Below, one piece after another: positions 25,001 through 40,802 of a stretch of 64,000 nucleotides of DNA (position 1 is its first letter; every line of letters begins with the position of its first letter). Where the stretch lies: positions 23,776,001 through 23,840,000 of the forward strand of contig CP086569.2 of NCBI GenBank assembly GCA_009914755.4. Reading direction: 5' to 3'. The notes below the pieces were generated by a model. The model was not told the origin of the DNA, made no database searches, and was given only the letters and a program-made list of their open reading frames with translations. The stretch is from the human T2T-CHM13v2.0 reference genome, Homo sapiens. The translations under genes and the position numbers were made by a program.

Positions 25001-27525
25001 GTCTTATCGCTGGTCCTAGTACCCAGGTGTTAAAACCTTTGCATAAATTGTTTCCCTTGTTTGCATTGTGATATATCCTGGGTTCAGAATCATAATAATG
25101 TGACTGCTCTACCTGGGCCCTGCCAAAAATGTATATTATCACAGATCTCTGAGCCTATCAGCTAGGTAATTTGTCTATTTTGCCCATGCTTTACCCTCAA
25201 GGAACATTATGACATATCTTGAAGTAACATCTGGAAGTGTGACGCTCGTCTCCTACCTGGGTCCTGACCGCAGAATGAATTGTGACATACGACGGAGTAC
25301 AAAACCTAGGTAATGCAACTCTCCTCCTTGTTCCAGAGTCAGCCAAAAGAGGTAATTACTACATATTGCTGAGCTCAGCACCTAGGTGGTGTGACTCTCC
25401 TTTTTTTCTTCAAACCTGTCTACAGTGGACATGATGCCGTAGTACTTGATACGGTACCCAGGTGATGTGACTCTTCTGACTTGGCCCTGCCTTTGAAGGA
25501 GTTTATAATGTATCCTGAGCTCAGAATCCACCTTGCTTCTGCTCACAGGTTAAATTGTGACATATAACTGGGTTCAGCTCACATGCACAAATAAAATTGT
25601 CATACCTAGAACCAGAAAGGAGAGATTTTTTGACTCCTATAGCCAGTCTTATGGCCACAAGTAAAGTACTGGGTCTCCTAATGGTATAAAGTTCACAGAG
25701 GATTATGACACTCTGGCATATTATATAAAGCCTGAGTGGTAAAAACAGTGTTATAACAGGGAACAGGAAGGAAGTATCATTGTGACTCTTGAATGCACAG
25801 CCAGCTGACCCGGTAGTCATTCTCTCACAAGAACAGGGCCTGCAAATAAGGCATTAAACCTCACAAAGAGAGCAGTCAAAAGTTAAAATTGCTCCTCTTC
25901 TATATGGGTAGTTTGGTGATGCACGATTGAGCACATCTGTGAGGCTGTGACTCCTCTGCTGGAACACATTCTTCAAGTGGAATTGGGCATCTTATACATG
26001 AAGCTTGCCCACTGTTGAGACTGTGACTCCTCTGCTTTGACCCAACTCACAGGAAGTGTTGACTCACATACAAAAATCCAGAACTTGTGTGGGACTGTGA
26101 AACTTATTTCTAAATATTTACTATCATGTGGTCAGGACATAAAAGTTAGCTGATCCCCTGAACAATTTGACGACCAAACACCTAAGTATAGATGCCTGGG
26201 TGTGCATACAAAGGGCAATTTTACATATTACAGGGATCAGCACCCATGTGATGTGAAATATTTGCCTTATCCCTGCCTATAAAAGACTTTGTGGCTTATA
26301 TCTAAGTTCATCATGTAAGTGATGTGACTGCTTTCTACTGCCTTGGCCCTGCACTTATAGTGCATTGTGACACATAACTGGATACTGCACCCAGGTGATG
26401 TGACTCTGCATTTTGGGTTCTGCCAACAGAAAGCTTTGTAACATATCACTTAATTCAGCACCTAGGTGATGTTTCTCCTTTCTTGTATCACCCTGACCGA
26501 AGGGGAGATTGTAACATTGCTAAACCCAGCACCAGGTGAGATCACTTTTATACCTTGGTTTTGCACATAGCGGCCAGTGTGACATATGTCTAAGCCAATT
26601 GCCTAGGTAAAGAGGGTCTCCTCACTTACCTAAGCCCTGCCCACATGGGGGATTTTGATATATCACTGCAACCAGCATCCAAGTGATGTGACACTCTTTC
26701 CAAGGCCCTGCTTACAAGAAAGATGACTACATCTCACTGGACCAGCACCCACCCAGGTGATGTGACCTTCCTCCTTGCTCTCTGTTTACAGGTGATATTG
26801 TGCCATATACCTGAGACCAGACAAAAGGACTAATCACGACTCTTAAATCTGGACCCAGGTCATATGCAAGATGGTTATTCCCATTCCTGGAACTTTCAAC
26901 CAGTGTTATTGTTATATATACTTTTGCCTAGCTCCTGAGTGATTTAATAATCCTGCCTAGGTGTAGCCCACAAATGAGATTTGGAAATATACCTCGGGTG
27001 ATCACCTTGGTGATTTGACTCTCCTGTCTTAACAATATCCTAAGGAAAGATTGTAACATGTCTCTGGACCCACCATCTAGTTACCTGACTCTCCTCTCCT
27101 GCCTGGACCCTGCTTCCACTGGGGATTATAGCTTTTCTAAGCACTGCATCTAAATGATATGACTCTCTTGCCTGGTCCTTTCAATGGGACACATTGTGAA
27201 ATATCTCTGGGCCTATTATTTAGGTGGTATGAGACTCCTCTTCTGTCTAGACACTGCCCACAAGGGGCATTATGCCATACATCTGGGTGTAACACCCAAG
27301 TTACAAAACTTTTCTGCAAGGAACTTGTCTACAAGAAAAATAATGGAAAATTTCTGGTTCAGCATTTAGATGACTTAGCTGTCATGCCTATTTCATTACC
27401 ACAGAGTAAATTGTGACCTATACATAGGCACAACTTACAGGTATAATGACTCTTTTATGTAGACCCCACAAATAAAAATAACTTTGACATTTCTAACTTA
27501 CTTTAGAAACACGAGTAAATTATCT

Positions 27526-27843
<318 letters not shown>

Positions 27844-30800
27844 TCATAAATCTCTTTCTGGTAAAAAAGAAAAAAAAAAGGTCAAAGAAGATTATAACAC
27901 CCTCAGATATTTTATAATGCCCTTGGCTTGTACAGAGAGTGTAAAAACACTATTCAGCAGAAAGGTGAAATTGTGAGTCTCATATACACACCCAGCTGAC
28001 AGTAAATACTGTCACTGTCTGAAATATGTGAAGCCAGCTCTCACTCATGAAAACAAGACATGTGTGGTAGTGTAAATCTCATTTCAGGAATTTTCTCCCA
28101 GTGTCATTTTGAAAAAACATCCTTGCTGACCATCTGTGTGACTTGACTCTCCAGACTGGTTCCAGCCTGAGGTTGTTATTGTGATTTCTACCTGGTCCAA
28201 CATCTAGGTGATGTGACTCTCCTGCCTGGGTCCTGCTCTCGGTAAGGGTCATGACATATCACTAGGTCCACCACCCAAGTCATGTTAAATTTTTGCCTGT
28301 GCCATTCCCACAGACATCATTGTGACATATCACTGTGTCGTATGTCATACAACCACTTAGGTGATGTAACTCTCCTCATGACAATGGGCCCTGCACACAG
28401 TGGGGGATAGTATCATATGGCTGGGTCAGGCACGTAGATGACAGTAATCTTTTATTAGAGCCGTGTCCTAATGAGGGCATTGTGACAAATCTCTGGTACT
28501 ATCACTTAGGTGATTTTGCTCTCCTGCCTGGGCCCTGCTTACCCTGATAGTGACACATTACTAGGCTAGGCAAACAGGTGATGGTACTCTTTTGCCCGAG
28601 CCATGCCTTAAGAAGGATATCGTAACATATCTCTGGCCTATTACCTAGGTGATCTGACTATCTTTTTGAGCCCTGCCCACGTGGAGCATTGTGACATAAT
28701 GGTACAACCCGCACCTATTTGTTATAACACTCTTGCATGGGTGCTGTCTTAAGGGAGGCTTGTGTGATATATCTCAAGAGCCCACATCAAGGCGATGTGG
28801 CTCTTTTGCCAGCTTTCACCTCATATGTTAGATTGTGTTATATACCTAGGGAAGCCCCTATGTGATATGACTCTACCCTTCTGCCTGAGCCCTCCTTACT
28901 TGAGACATTGGGTCATATATCTGAGCCTGTGTCTTAAGTGATGTGAATCTTTTCTTCTGCCTGAGTCTTTGCAATGGGGTGATTTGACATACTGCTAAGC
29001 CCAATACTTAGGTACTATGACTCTTTTTTCCCCAACCATGCCCAAGAAAAAGATTTTTGAGGTATTGCAGGGCCCAGCACCCAGATAATCTTTCAATTCT
29101 ACCTGGGTTCTGCATAAAGAGATAATTATGGCATATTGCTGGGCCCCTCACCCTGATGATGTAACGCTCCTTCCTGTGCCAGAGCAACATAAAGTATTTT
29201 TACATATTATAGACCCATTCAGTAGGAGTTTTTGGTGTCATCATTTGTCTGGGTTCTTTTTTTTTTCCACATTTGGGATTGTGTCATATTGCTGGGTCCA
29301 GCCCCCATTTAATGGATCCCTCACTTCTATATCATGCCTAGAGAGGGCATTGTGACATATTGCTTGACACAGCACCTAAATTGTGCTACCCTCCTGCCAA
29401 GTTTTTTTTTCTACAAATGGGATTTTGAAATTTACCTTGCTTCATTTCAAAGGCATAATAATCAAACTTATATTGGGATTGCACCAATAGTAGACACTTT
29501 GCCTCTCATTGCTACACTTAGGGCAATAGGTAAGGTTATAAGTTGCATATTTGCATAAAGCTCACATATGACAACACTAATTCAAATTCTGTAAACTTTT
29601 TGGCTGGTACACAGAGTTTTATAACAGGGCCTAGCAAAAGGTTAAGATCGTGACTCTTGATTACACATGTCATGCAGGAGAGAGATGAAGATTTCATTAT
29701 CCCACATTTAAAAAGACCACTGTTGAAGTCCTCAGTCTAACAAGTAAATAAAGTACAAAGATGGAATTGGGACTTTCATATGTGTGTGTTGCTACAGTTG
29801 AGATGGTGATTCAGTTCTGGACTCAGATCACAGACATAATAATGGGTCTCCTGTCTGAACCCAGCCTATAAGAGAGATGTTGTCTATCATAACTGAATTT
29901 AAAGCAATACATAAGATTGTGAGTCAACAGGAGCATGTAGGCCTCAGAATGGATTGCAAATCTCATGCATGTTACATAAAGCCTTTGAATATTGTAGAAT
30001 GTGTCACACAATGACCCAGAACACGTTACATTGTGACACTTACATACATACCAGTAAAAAGTGTCACCCAAAAAGATAAGGAGATTGTGTCATATCACTA
30101 TGCCTGGTAACCCTAGGTGTTGAGATTAGTGGCTTAAATTCTTGACCATAGGTGGATTTTGAAATATCGCCGGGTTAGGATCATAATAATGTGTACTCTT
30201 GTTCTTGGACCTAGCAAACAGGAAATATTATCACATATCTCTAGTCCTGTTTGCTAGGTGATGTGTCTCTCCTGCCAGTGTCTTGCCCACAGGGAACACT
30301 ATGACATACCACTAGATATAGCATCAAGGTAATGTGACTCACCTCTTCTGCCTGGATCCTGCCCACTGATGAAATTGTGACATACCCCTGAGTGCAAAAC
30401 ACAGGTGATGTGACTCTCCCCTTTGTCCTGGACTCTGTTAAGAGCAGCGATTATATCATATTGCTGAGCCCAGCACGTAGAGGATGTAACTATCCACTAT
30501 TTTTTCAACCCTGTATGCAGTTGTCAAGATGACATATTATTTGAGATTGTACCCAGTGATATGACCCATGTCACTGGCTCCTTACCACAGAGGAGATTAT
30601 AGTGTATCCATGGCTCAGTATGCAAATGATGTGACTCTTATGCCTTGTTTCTGTCCAAAGGGAAAATTGTGATACATACCAGAAATCAGCACACTTGCAC
30701 AATAATAACTCTCATACATGAACCCAGCCAGGGGGAATATTTTAACTCTCATAGTCTGTCTTACAGCCACGGATAAATTCCAAATCTCCCACCTATAAGA

Positions 30801-33800
30801 AATCACAGAAAAGTAGCCTAGTCAGGCATATCATATAAATCCTGAGTGGTACAAAGGGTGTCATAACAGGCACCAGTGACCACGTGCTATTGTGACTCTT
30901 GGACGCACACCCAGCTGGCATGTTTGTTATAAACAGGGCCTATGAATGATTTACTAAATCTCCCTCCCATAAGCAGCTGAAGCTAGAAATTGTTACCTTA
31001 TATATGAATCAGATCCATAGGTGGTTTGGCGATGTTTGAACCACAACTCAGCAGACCTTTGGTGATTTGACTCTTATCCTGACACACAATCTTCAAGTGG
31101 GATTGGGGCTCTTATACATGCATCTTGCCCATTGTTGATATTGTGACTCCTGTACTTTGACCCAGTCATAGGAGATGTTGAGTCTCATGCATGAAGCTCA
31201 GACTTGTGTGGGACTGTGAAACTGATTTCTGAACACTTTTTAGTGTGTGAATGAGAAGTGTGACTTTGCCCAGCATCTGAGTGTTTTGACTCTGCTTTCT
31301 AGGCCCAGAGCAGAGTTGAAATTGTGACATACATGCAACAAGCAACATATAACACCTTTAGCAACGTGACAGGGGGCACTTTTACATGACACTGAAACCA
31401 GCATTCAGCTGATGTAAAATCTTGGCCTGAGCCCTGCCTGCAGACAGCACTGTGGCTTTTTTCTAGGTCCATCACATAAGTGATATGACTTCTTTCTACT
31501 GCCTTGGCACTGCACTTATGGTGCATTGTGACACATAACTGGGTACTGCACTCAGGTAATGTGACTCATTTTCCTGTGGCGCTCTGCCAATAGGAAGCTT
31601 TGTAACATAACACTTGGTTCAGCACCTCAGTGATGTTTCTTCTCTCTTGCCTGAGCTCTAACCACTAGAGAGATTATGAAATGTTGCTGAACCCAGCACC
31701 AAAGTGAGGACACGCTCCTGCCTTGGTCCTGCACATAGGGGCTATTGTGACATATCTCCAGACCAATTGCTTAGGTGAATTTTGTCTCCTTTCCAGCCTA
31801 AGCTCTGTCCTTAGGGTGGATTTTCATATATCACTTAAACCAGCATCCAGGTGACGTGACTCTTTTCCAGGAGTCTTGCCCACAAGGAGGATTGTGACAT
31901 TTCACTGGACCAGCACCCACTGAAGTGATGTGACTTTCCTTTCTTCTCCTTGCCCACAGGTGAAATTATGCCATATACCTGAGACAGATCAAAGGAATAA
32001 TAACAACTTTATACCTGGAGCCAGGATGTGCAGAATGGTGACTCTCATTCCTGAACATTTCCACCAGTGCTATTGTGACATACACCTTGGTCCAGCTCCT
32101 CAGTGATTTAATAATCCTGCCTAATTATAGCCTGCATATGACATTTTGACATATACCTGGACCTAGAACCTTGGTGATTTGACTCTCCTGTTGTAGAGGG
32201 TCCTCAGAAAAAACTATAACATATCTATGGGCCCATCATCTAGGTAATGTGATGTTCCCCATTTGTCTGAACCTCCTTTCAGTGAAGAGTGTGGCATTTC
32301 TAAACACTGCATCCAAATGACATGACTCTCTTGCCTGGGCCATTTCAACAGGAGGCCTTGTGACATATCTCTGAGCCCATCATTTTGGTGATATGACTCT
32401 CCTCACCTGCCTGGACATTGTCCACAAGAGGCATTATGCGATAGAGCTGGGACTGGCACCAAAGTTTTCTGACTTTTCGGTTAGTGCCCTGCTGACAAAG
32501 AGAACGTTGTAATACTTCTGGCTTAGAATGTAGGTGATGTGTTTGTTCTATCTCTTTTATAACCAAAGACGGGATGGTGACATATAACTAGGCACAGCTA
32601 ATAGGCATGATAATGACTCTCTTATGTGGACCCAGCCAATAGAAGAAATGTTGCCTCTTATAACTAGGTTTAGGGACATGAGTGATGTAGAATCTCCTTC
32701 TGGTAAAAAGGTCACAGAAGATTGCAACACTCACACATATTTTTTAACACCCTTGTGTTGAATAGAGGGTGTCACAAAGCACCTAGCACACAGAATAAAT
32801 TGTGAGTATTGTATGCACACCCAGCTGACAGCAAGGAATTTCACCATCACAGGTGGATGAAGGCATCTGTCCTACATGAAAACAGGACATGTGTGGTATT
32901 CTAAATCTAATCCCCAGAATTTTATTTCTTCAAGACTGTGATATAAATCTTTGCCAGTTACCGGTGTGATTTCACTCTTCAGACTGGTTCAAGCCTACAT
33001 ATGGCATTTTGATATTTACCTGGGCCAACCTTGACATGATGTTACACTTCTGCCTGGGCCCTGCTCTCAGTAAGAATTGTAACATCACTGGATCCAGCAT
33101 CCAGGTGATGTTACATTCTTGCCTGTACCATGACACACACGTTATTGTGACATATTACTGTGTCCATCACTTAAAAGAAGTAACTCTCCTCTCTAGAATG
33201 GGCCCTGCACACAGGGCAGGATAGTGACGTACTCCTAGGAGTGGCACAGAGGTGATGATACTATTTTGACAGGGCCACGCCCCAAAGAGGGCATTTTGAA
33301 ATATTGCAGGGCCTATCATAGAGATAATATGTCTCTTCTGCTTGGGACCTGCACACTTGAATAGTGACATATTGCTAGGCCACACACAAAGGTGATGGTA
33401 CTCTTTTGCCAGGGACATGCTTTAAGGAAAGCTTTGTGACATATTTCTATGCCTATCACCTAGGTGATGTGACTTCCTGCTTGGCCCTGCCCACATGGAA
33501 CATTGTGACATATATGTGGGACCTGCACCCAGGTGATGTAACTCTCTTGACTGGGACCTTTTCTAAGGAGGGCTTGCAAATGTCTCAGGACCCAGGACCG
33601 TGTGATGTGGCACTTCAGCCTGGATTCTGCCCACCTATTAAATTGTCTAGGTATGTGAAATATACCTAAACAATTGACATATTGTGACATATTGAGCCCA
33701 CCACTTAGGTAATGTGACTCTCGACTGGTTGCCGAACAACGCCCATGAACAGGCCTTTTGCCATATTTTAGGGCTCAGCACCCAGATGATGTTACTCTTC

Positions 33801-35408
33801 TGCCTAGGTCGTGCATAAAGAGGGAATTATGGCATACTGTTTGGCCCAGCACCGTAATGATGTGACTCTCCTCCCTGTGCCAGAGCCACAGAAAGTATGT
33901 TGACATATCTTTGGCCAAATCTGTAGGTATTCTGGCTCTCATCACTTTGCTTGCTTTCTTCCATGTGTGGTTTTATCATATTACAAAGCTCCATCCCCCA
34001 GTTAATGTGACCCTCTTTACTAGCCCCTGCCTAATGAGGGCGTCATGATATATTACTTCACACAGAACCTAGGTGATGTTAAACTTCTGCCTAGGTTTTG
34101 CCCCCACAAAAATTGGATTATGACATATACCTTGCTTCAGTTCAAAGGCATGATGATCAAGCTTATATTCAGCCAATAGGACATATTTTTCCTCTCATCA
34201 CTAGGTTTAGGTCAATAGGTAAGTTCTTTCATTGGATATTTGTACAAAGCTCACAGAAGTTTACAGTATTAACTCGTATCATAAATACTTCTTGTGTGGT
34301 ACAGGGAGTTTCATAACAGGGCTCATCAAAATATTAAGATTGTGACTCTCAACTACACATTGAGGTGAAAGTAAAAGTTGTGACCATGCTATATTTACAA
34401 AACTCATTGTTGAGGTCCTCAGTCTAACAAGTGAATACAGTACAAAATTGGAATTGTAATTTTCGTAAGTGAATCTGGCCACAGGTGGGATGGTGACTCA
34501 TTTCTGGAGCCAGCTCACAGGCATAATAATGGTCTCATTCCTGAAGCCAGCATATAAGACAGATGTGGACTGTCATACCTTGGTTTAGGAAAATATCTAA
34601 TATTGTGAGTCCATAGAAGCATGTAGGCCTCAGAGTGGTTTGCAATGCTCATGCATGCTGTTTAAGGCCTTCAAATGTTGTAGAGGGTCATACAGTGGCC
34701 CAGGAAACATGTGAGATTGTGACTATCAGATACACAACCAGCTCACAGTTAATGGTGTCACCCTCAAAGACAAAGAGATTTGGCATATTGCTAGGCAGAG
34801 TACCAAGGTGTTGAGACATTTTGGCTTAAATTTCTTCCCATGGGTTCATTGTGACATATCGCTGGGTTAGAATTCATAAAAATGTGACTCTTTTGCTTGG
34901 ACCCTGCCAAAAGAGGATAGTATCACATATCTCTGGACCTATAATCTTGGTGATTTGTCTCTTCTGCCTGTGCCCTGCCCCCAGAGGACATTGTAAAATA
35001 TCATTTGGCTTAACATCTAGGTCATACTACCTACCTCTCCTGTCTGGGTTCTGCTCACCAAGTAAATTGTAACATACTGCTGATTACAAAACCTAGGGAA
35101 TATGACTCTCCTTCATATTCCTTGTTAAGAGAGGGGATTATTACATATTGCAGAGTGCAGCACCTAGGTTGAGTGACTCTTCTCTTTTTCTGTCAATCTC
35201 CGGATTAATGACATACTATTTCAGTCTGTATCCAGCTGATGTGACTTCAGACTATGCCCAGCCTACAAATGTGATTATACTGTGTAATTGGCTAAGCATC
35301 CAGGTGATGTGACTCTTCTGGCTTCTTCCTGCTCATAGGTGGAATTGTGACAAATGCCTGGGTTAAGCAATCCTGCACAATAATAACTCTCATACCTGGA
35401 CAGAGCCA

Positions 35409-35935
35409 GTATGTTGTGATTCACTCAGGTTTGTGGCAGAAATATTAAAAGGAAATACTGGGGAACGTAATAAGGAAGAGTCACAAAGCTTTGGAAGGCT
35501 GAAAAGTTACATAGCTTGTAATAATTGGACAGGCTTAAGGTGGCCAGTTCTTACTTGAGAATATTAGGTCATAGGGTAAAATGAGGGACAATATAGGCTT
35601 CCCCAGTTAAGTCTGTTTATTTTACCTCCATTAACCAGTCTTTGAACCAGATAGCTCTCTCAGTGGGGAGCTCGACCAGGAAAGTTGCCCCCTAATAGTA
35701 TTTATTTTAGACCATGGTACCTGACCTTAATCATTTGTAGAACTACTTTCTTAACCATGTTAATTATCCACAATTGTGTTTACTCAAAGCTTCTGTTGTT
35801 AATTCTATATTGAAGAAATGCCTGGATTGCAAGCTGCTTAGTGCCAAGTTTGTCATTCTTCACAGGACTCTCCTCAGAGTCTGAGTGGCCTGGGAGCCTC
35901 AGCTGGACTGGCAAAGCAAAATATCTGTGTCATTC
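35409..35935 (+). mobile_element. ERVK-type solo LTR, 3'-truncated, inserted in the satellite; same family as 7924-8590
   Basis: The sequence 'tgtgattcactcaggtttgtggcagaaatattaaaagg...ggcttccccagttaag...ttaattatccacaattgtgtttactcaaagcttctgtt...cagctggactggcaaagcaaaatatctgtgtca' is colinear with and about 80% identical to the LTR at 7924-8590. It lacks that LTR's last ~150 bp. Confidence 0.75.
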
Positions 35936-38900
35936 TCACACATGCACAATTGTCATTCTCACACATGCACAGGGCCTACTAATGTAGCCCTTGAATCTCA
36001 CACATAAAGAAGCACTCAAAAGCTGAAATAATTACTCTCATAAAGGAATCTGATTCACAGGTGGTTTGGTAACATATGAACCATGATTCAGCACACTGCG
36101 GTGATGTGACTCACCAACTGAAACACAATCTGCAAGTGAGAATGGGCTGTCATATATGAATCTGGCTGATTGTTGAGATTGTGACTCCTCTGCTTTGACC
36201 CGGCACATAGATAGTGTTTACTCACATACAGGAAACCAGGACTTTGGTGAGACGTGAAACTTATTTTCAAACCTTTTTGAGAGTGTGATTGGGACAGGTA
36301 ACTTTGCACAGCACATGAATAATTTGGATCTCTTTTATACACCCAGATCACAGAAGAAATTGTGCCATATGTCGAACAAGCATCTGAGCAATATGTAACA
36401 CATCCCTTGGCTCTTTCTATGAAGGGCACTATTACATATCACTGGGACCATTACCCAGATGATGCGAATTATCTGCCTGAAAACTGCCTACCAAGAGAAT
36501 TGTGTCTTATATGTAGGTCCATTATGTAATTGATGTGACTCCCTTCTACTCCTTTGTCCCTGCATTTACAGTGCATTGTGACACATAACGGGTACTGCAC
36601 GCAGGTGAAGTGATTCTTCTATTACGGTTCTGTCAACAGGATTTATGTGACATATTACTTGTTTTACCAGCTAGGTAATGTTTCTTTGCTTTTGCCTGGG
36701 CCCTGACCAAAGGGAGATTGTGACATATCGCTGGGCCCAGCACCAATGTGAGGTCACTCTCCAGCTTGGGTACTGCACGTGAGGGCCATTGTGATAAACA
36801 TCCAGGACAATTGCCCAGGTGAAATGAGCATCCTCTTCTGCCAAAGTCCTGCCCACATAGGGAGTTTTCTAATGTCACTGATGTGAGCATCCAGGTGATG
36901 TAACACTTCTGCCAGGATCCTGCCTGCAAGGGGGACTGTGACATCTCACTGGACCCCCACCCACATAAGTGATGTAACTTTCTTTCCTTCTCTCTGGCCA
37001 CAGGTGATATTGTGCTCTATAACTGAGGTCATAACAAAAGCCTAATATCAACTCATCTATCTGGAGCCAGAATATGTGCAGTATGATAAGTCTTATTCCT
37101 AAACCTTTCCACAAGTTTAACTGTGACATATACTTTTGCCCAGCTCCTGAGTGATTTAATAATTTTGCCTAGGTATAGCCCCAAAATGAGATTTTGACAA
37201 ATATCTGTGCCAGCCACCTTGGTGATTTGACTGTGCTATCTTAACAGTCTCCTCAGAGGGAATGTCACATATTTCTGGACTCATCATCTAGGTTACATGA
37301 CTCTCTTGTTTGGCCTGTACCCAGCTTCCTTTAGTAATTGTAGCATTTGTAAACACTGCATCTAAATGAGATGACGGTCTTTTCCGGATCCTGTCAACAG
37401 GAGGCATTGTGACATATTTCTGGGCACAGGTTTTAGGTAGTATCTCTCTCCTCTACTGCCTGGTCACTGCCCACAAATACATTGTGCCACAGAGATAAAT
37501 CTAGCACACAAGTTTTGAGACATTTCTGAAAAGACCTTGCCTACAAAGAGAATATTGGAATGTTTTTTGCCCAGCCTTTAGGTGACATTGCTCTTCTGCC
37601 TGCTTCATAACCACAGAGGGAATTTTAAGATATACCTAGGCATGCCTATCAGGAATGACAATGACTCTTATATGTGGATTCAGCCAATAGAGGATATTTT
37701 GACTCTTATGACTAGGTTTAGGGAAATACATGGTGTCCTGAATCACCTTCTTGCACAAAGGTCACAAAAGATTACAACATTCACACATACTTTACAAAGT
37801 CCTTGGGTTATACAGAAGGAGTCAAAGCAGGTCTCGGAATGCAGGTAAAATTGTGAGTCTTGTGTGCACATCCAGCTGACAGTAGGACTGTTATCATCTC
37901 ACGTGGATGAAGCCAACTGTCACACTCGAAAAAGGATGTGTGGGGTATTGTAAATCTCATATTTGGAATAGTTGGACAGTGTGATTGTGATATCAATCTT
38001 TGCCATGCACCTGTGTAGTTTGCCTCTCCAGGCTTGTTCCAGCATGTATATGGGATTCTGATATCTACCTAGGCCCCAATCTCAAGGTGATGTGACTCTT
38101 CTGCCTGGGCCATTCTCTAAGTAAGGATTGTAGTATATCACTGGATCTTGCCTCCGGGTGATGTTACATTGTTGCCTGCACCATGGCCACCACAATTATT
38201 GTGACATATGCCTGTGTCCACCTGACAGATGATGTAAGTCTCTTCTCTGGAATGTTCTCTGCACAGAGAAAGAATAGCGACATATTGCAAGGCCAGGCAC
38301 AAAGGCATAGGTGCCTTTTGCCAGCGCCATGCCCAAAAAGGGCATTGTGACATATCTCTGAGCCTATCATCTAGGTTATGCTGCTCTCCCACTTGGGCCC
38401 TGCCAATCTGGAGACTGATATATTTCTAGGCCAAGCACACAGGTGATGTTACTCTTTTGCCTGGGCCATACTTCATAGAGGACATTGTCACATATCTCTA
38501 GGCCTATTACCTAGGTGAAGCGACTTGCTCCTTGGGCCCTACCCCTATGAAGCATTGTGGCATAAGCAGAGAACCTACTCTGAGGTGACGTAAGCCTCTT
38601 GCCTAGCTGACGTCCTAAGAGAGCCTCATGACATATCTCAGGACACAGCACCCAAATTATGTGGTTCTTCTGCCCGGTGTGCGTCCTTATGTTATGCTGT
38701 GACGTATTCCTAGGGAAGCACCTAGGTGATATGACTCTCCTAATCTGCCTGTGCCATGCCTAGAGGGGCTATTGGGACACATGTCTGAGACCAAGACTGA
38801 AGTGATGTGACTCTTTTTTTCTGCCTGGGCCTTCAAAATAAGGATATTGACTCATTGTTGGGCAGAGCACTCAGGATATGTGACTCTCCTCTTTTTCCCG

Positions 38901-40802
38901 AATGATGCCCACAGAAAGGAATTTTGACCTATTGCAGGGTCCAGCACCCAGGTGATATTACTCTTCTGCCTGGGTTCTGCATAAAAAGAAAATTATGGCA
39001 TATTGCACATTGTTGAACCCAGTATTTTTAAAATTTGACTCCCTGCCTGTGCTGGAGTCAAATATTTTGATGTCTCTTGTGCCCATTAGGTAGGTGCTTT
39101 GGCTCTCATGTATGACATATACTTAGGTCCACTTCACAGGCATTATGACGAACTTTATATTGGGATTCACCCAATAAAAGATATTTTGCCTTTCATCATT
39201 AGGCTTAGTGCAATAGGTTAAATCCTGGGTTGCATATTTGTACCAAGCTCATAGAATCTTTCAACAATAACTTGCATTGTATAAACTCTTTGTTGGTAGA
39301 GAGTTGCATAACAGGGCCCAGCAAAAAGTTCAGATTATGACTCTCGCTTACACAACCAGTTGAAAATAAAAGTTGTCACCATTCCACATTTACAGTGCCC
39401 ACTGTTGAGATCTTGAGTCTAACAAGGGAATACAGCGCAAAGTGTGAACTGTGACTTTTATATGTGGATCTGGCCACAGGGAAAATGGTGATTCATTTCT
39501 GGACCCAGCTCACAGGCTTAATCATAGGTCTTCCCCCTTAACCCTGTCTGCGGGAGAGATGTTGACTACCAAACCTAGGTTTAGGATAATATGTATGACT
39601 GTGAGTCCCTATGAGCATGTAGGCCTCAGAGAGGTTTGCAATTCTCACGCAGGTTTCATAAACCCCACGGGTATTTTACAGAGTGTAATATATTGGCCCA
39701 GCATACACATGAGATTGTGACACTAATATACATGGTCAGCCAAAATTTACAGGTGTTACCCTCAAAGATGAAGATATTGTGTCGTATCACTAGGCCTAGT
39801 GCCCAGGTTTTGATACTTTTTGCGTCAAATTCCTTTTCCTGAATGCCTTGTTACATATCACTGGGACAGAATCATCATAATGTAATTCTTCTCCTGAGCC
39901 CTGCAAACAGTGGATGTTATCAAACATCTCTGTGTCTTTCAGCTAAGGAATATGTCTCTCCTGCCAATGTCTTGTCCACAGGGAACATTTTGACATATTG
40001 CTAGATATAGCATCTATGTAATATGACTCTACCCTCCTGACTGGATCCTTCCCATTGAAGAAGCTGTTGCAGAACACTGAGTGCAAAACCTAGGTGATAT
40101 GACTCTCCTCTTTGTTATGGACTCTGCCAAAAGAGGGAAATGTAACATGCTATTGAGCCCAGCACCTAGGGGATGTGACTGTCCACTATTTATTCAATCC
40201 TGTATACGGTGGGCATATTGACATATTATTTGAGACTGTACCCACCTGATATGACTCTTATGACTGGGTCCTGCCTACAAGGAGATTATACTGTTTCCCT
40301 GATTCAGGACCCAGGTGATGTGACTCTTCTCTTGCCTCTGTCCAAAGGTGAAACTGTGACATAGACCTGGATTCAGCTCATATGCACAATAATAACTCTC
40401 ATGCCTGGACCCAGCCAGGGGATTTATTTTGATTCCCTTAGACAGTCTGACTACCATGGTTAAATTCCTCAATCTCACATATGTAAGAATTCATAGAAAA
40501 GTACGCTACTCTGTCATATCACATAAAGTCTGAGTGGTACAAAGGATGTCATAACAGGCACCAGTGACCAGGTGCTATTGGGAGTCTTGGACACCCACCC
40601 AGCTGACACAGTTGTCATTCTCACACATGAACAAAGCCTACAAATCAGATATTAAATCTCACACACATAAGCAGTAGAAATTTTTCTTACTCTCATACAT
40701 GAATCTGATCCACAGGTGGTTTGGTGACATTTGAAGCATGACTCAGCAGACCTGTGGTGCTTTGACTCTCCTACTGGAACGAAATCTTCAAGTGGGAGTG
40801 GG

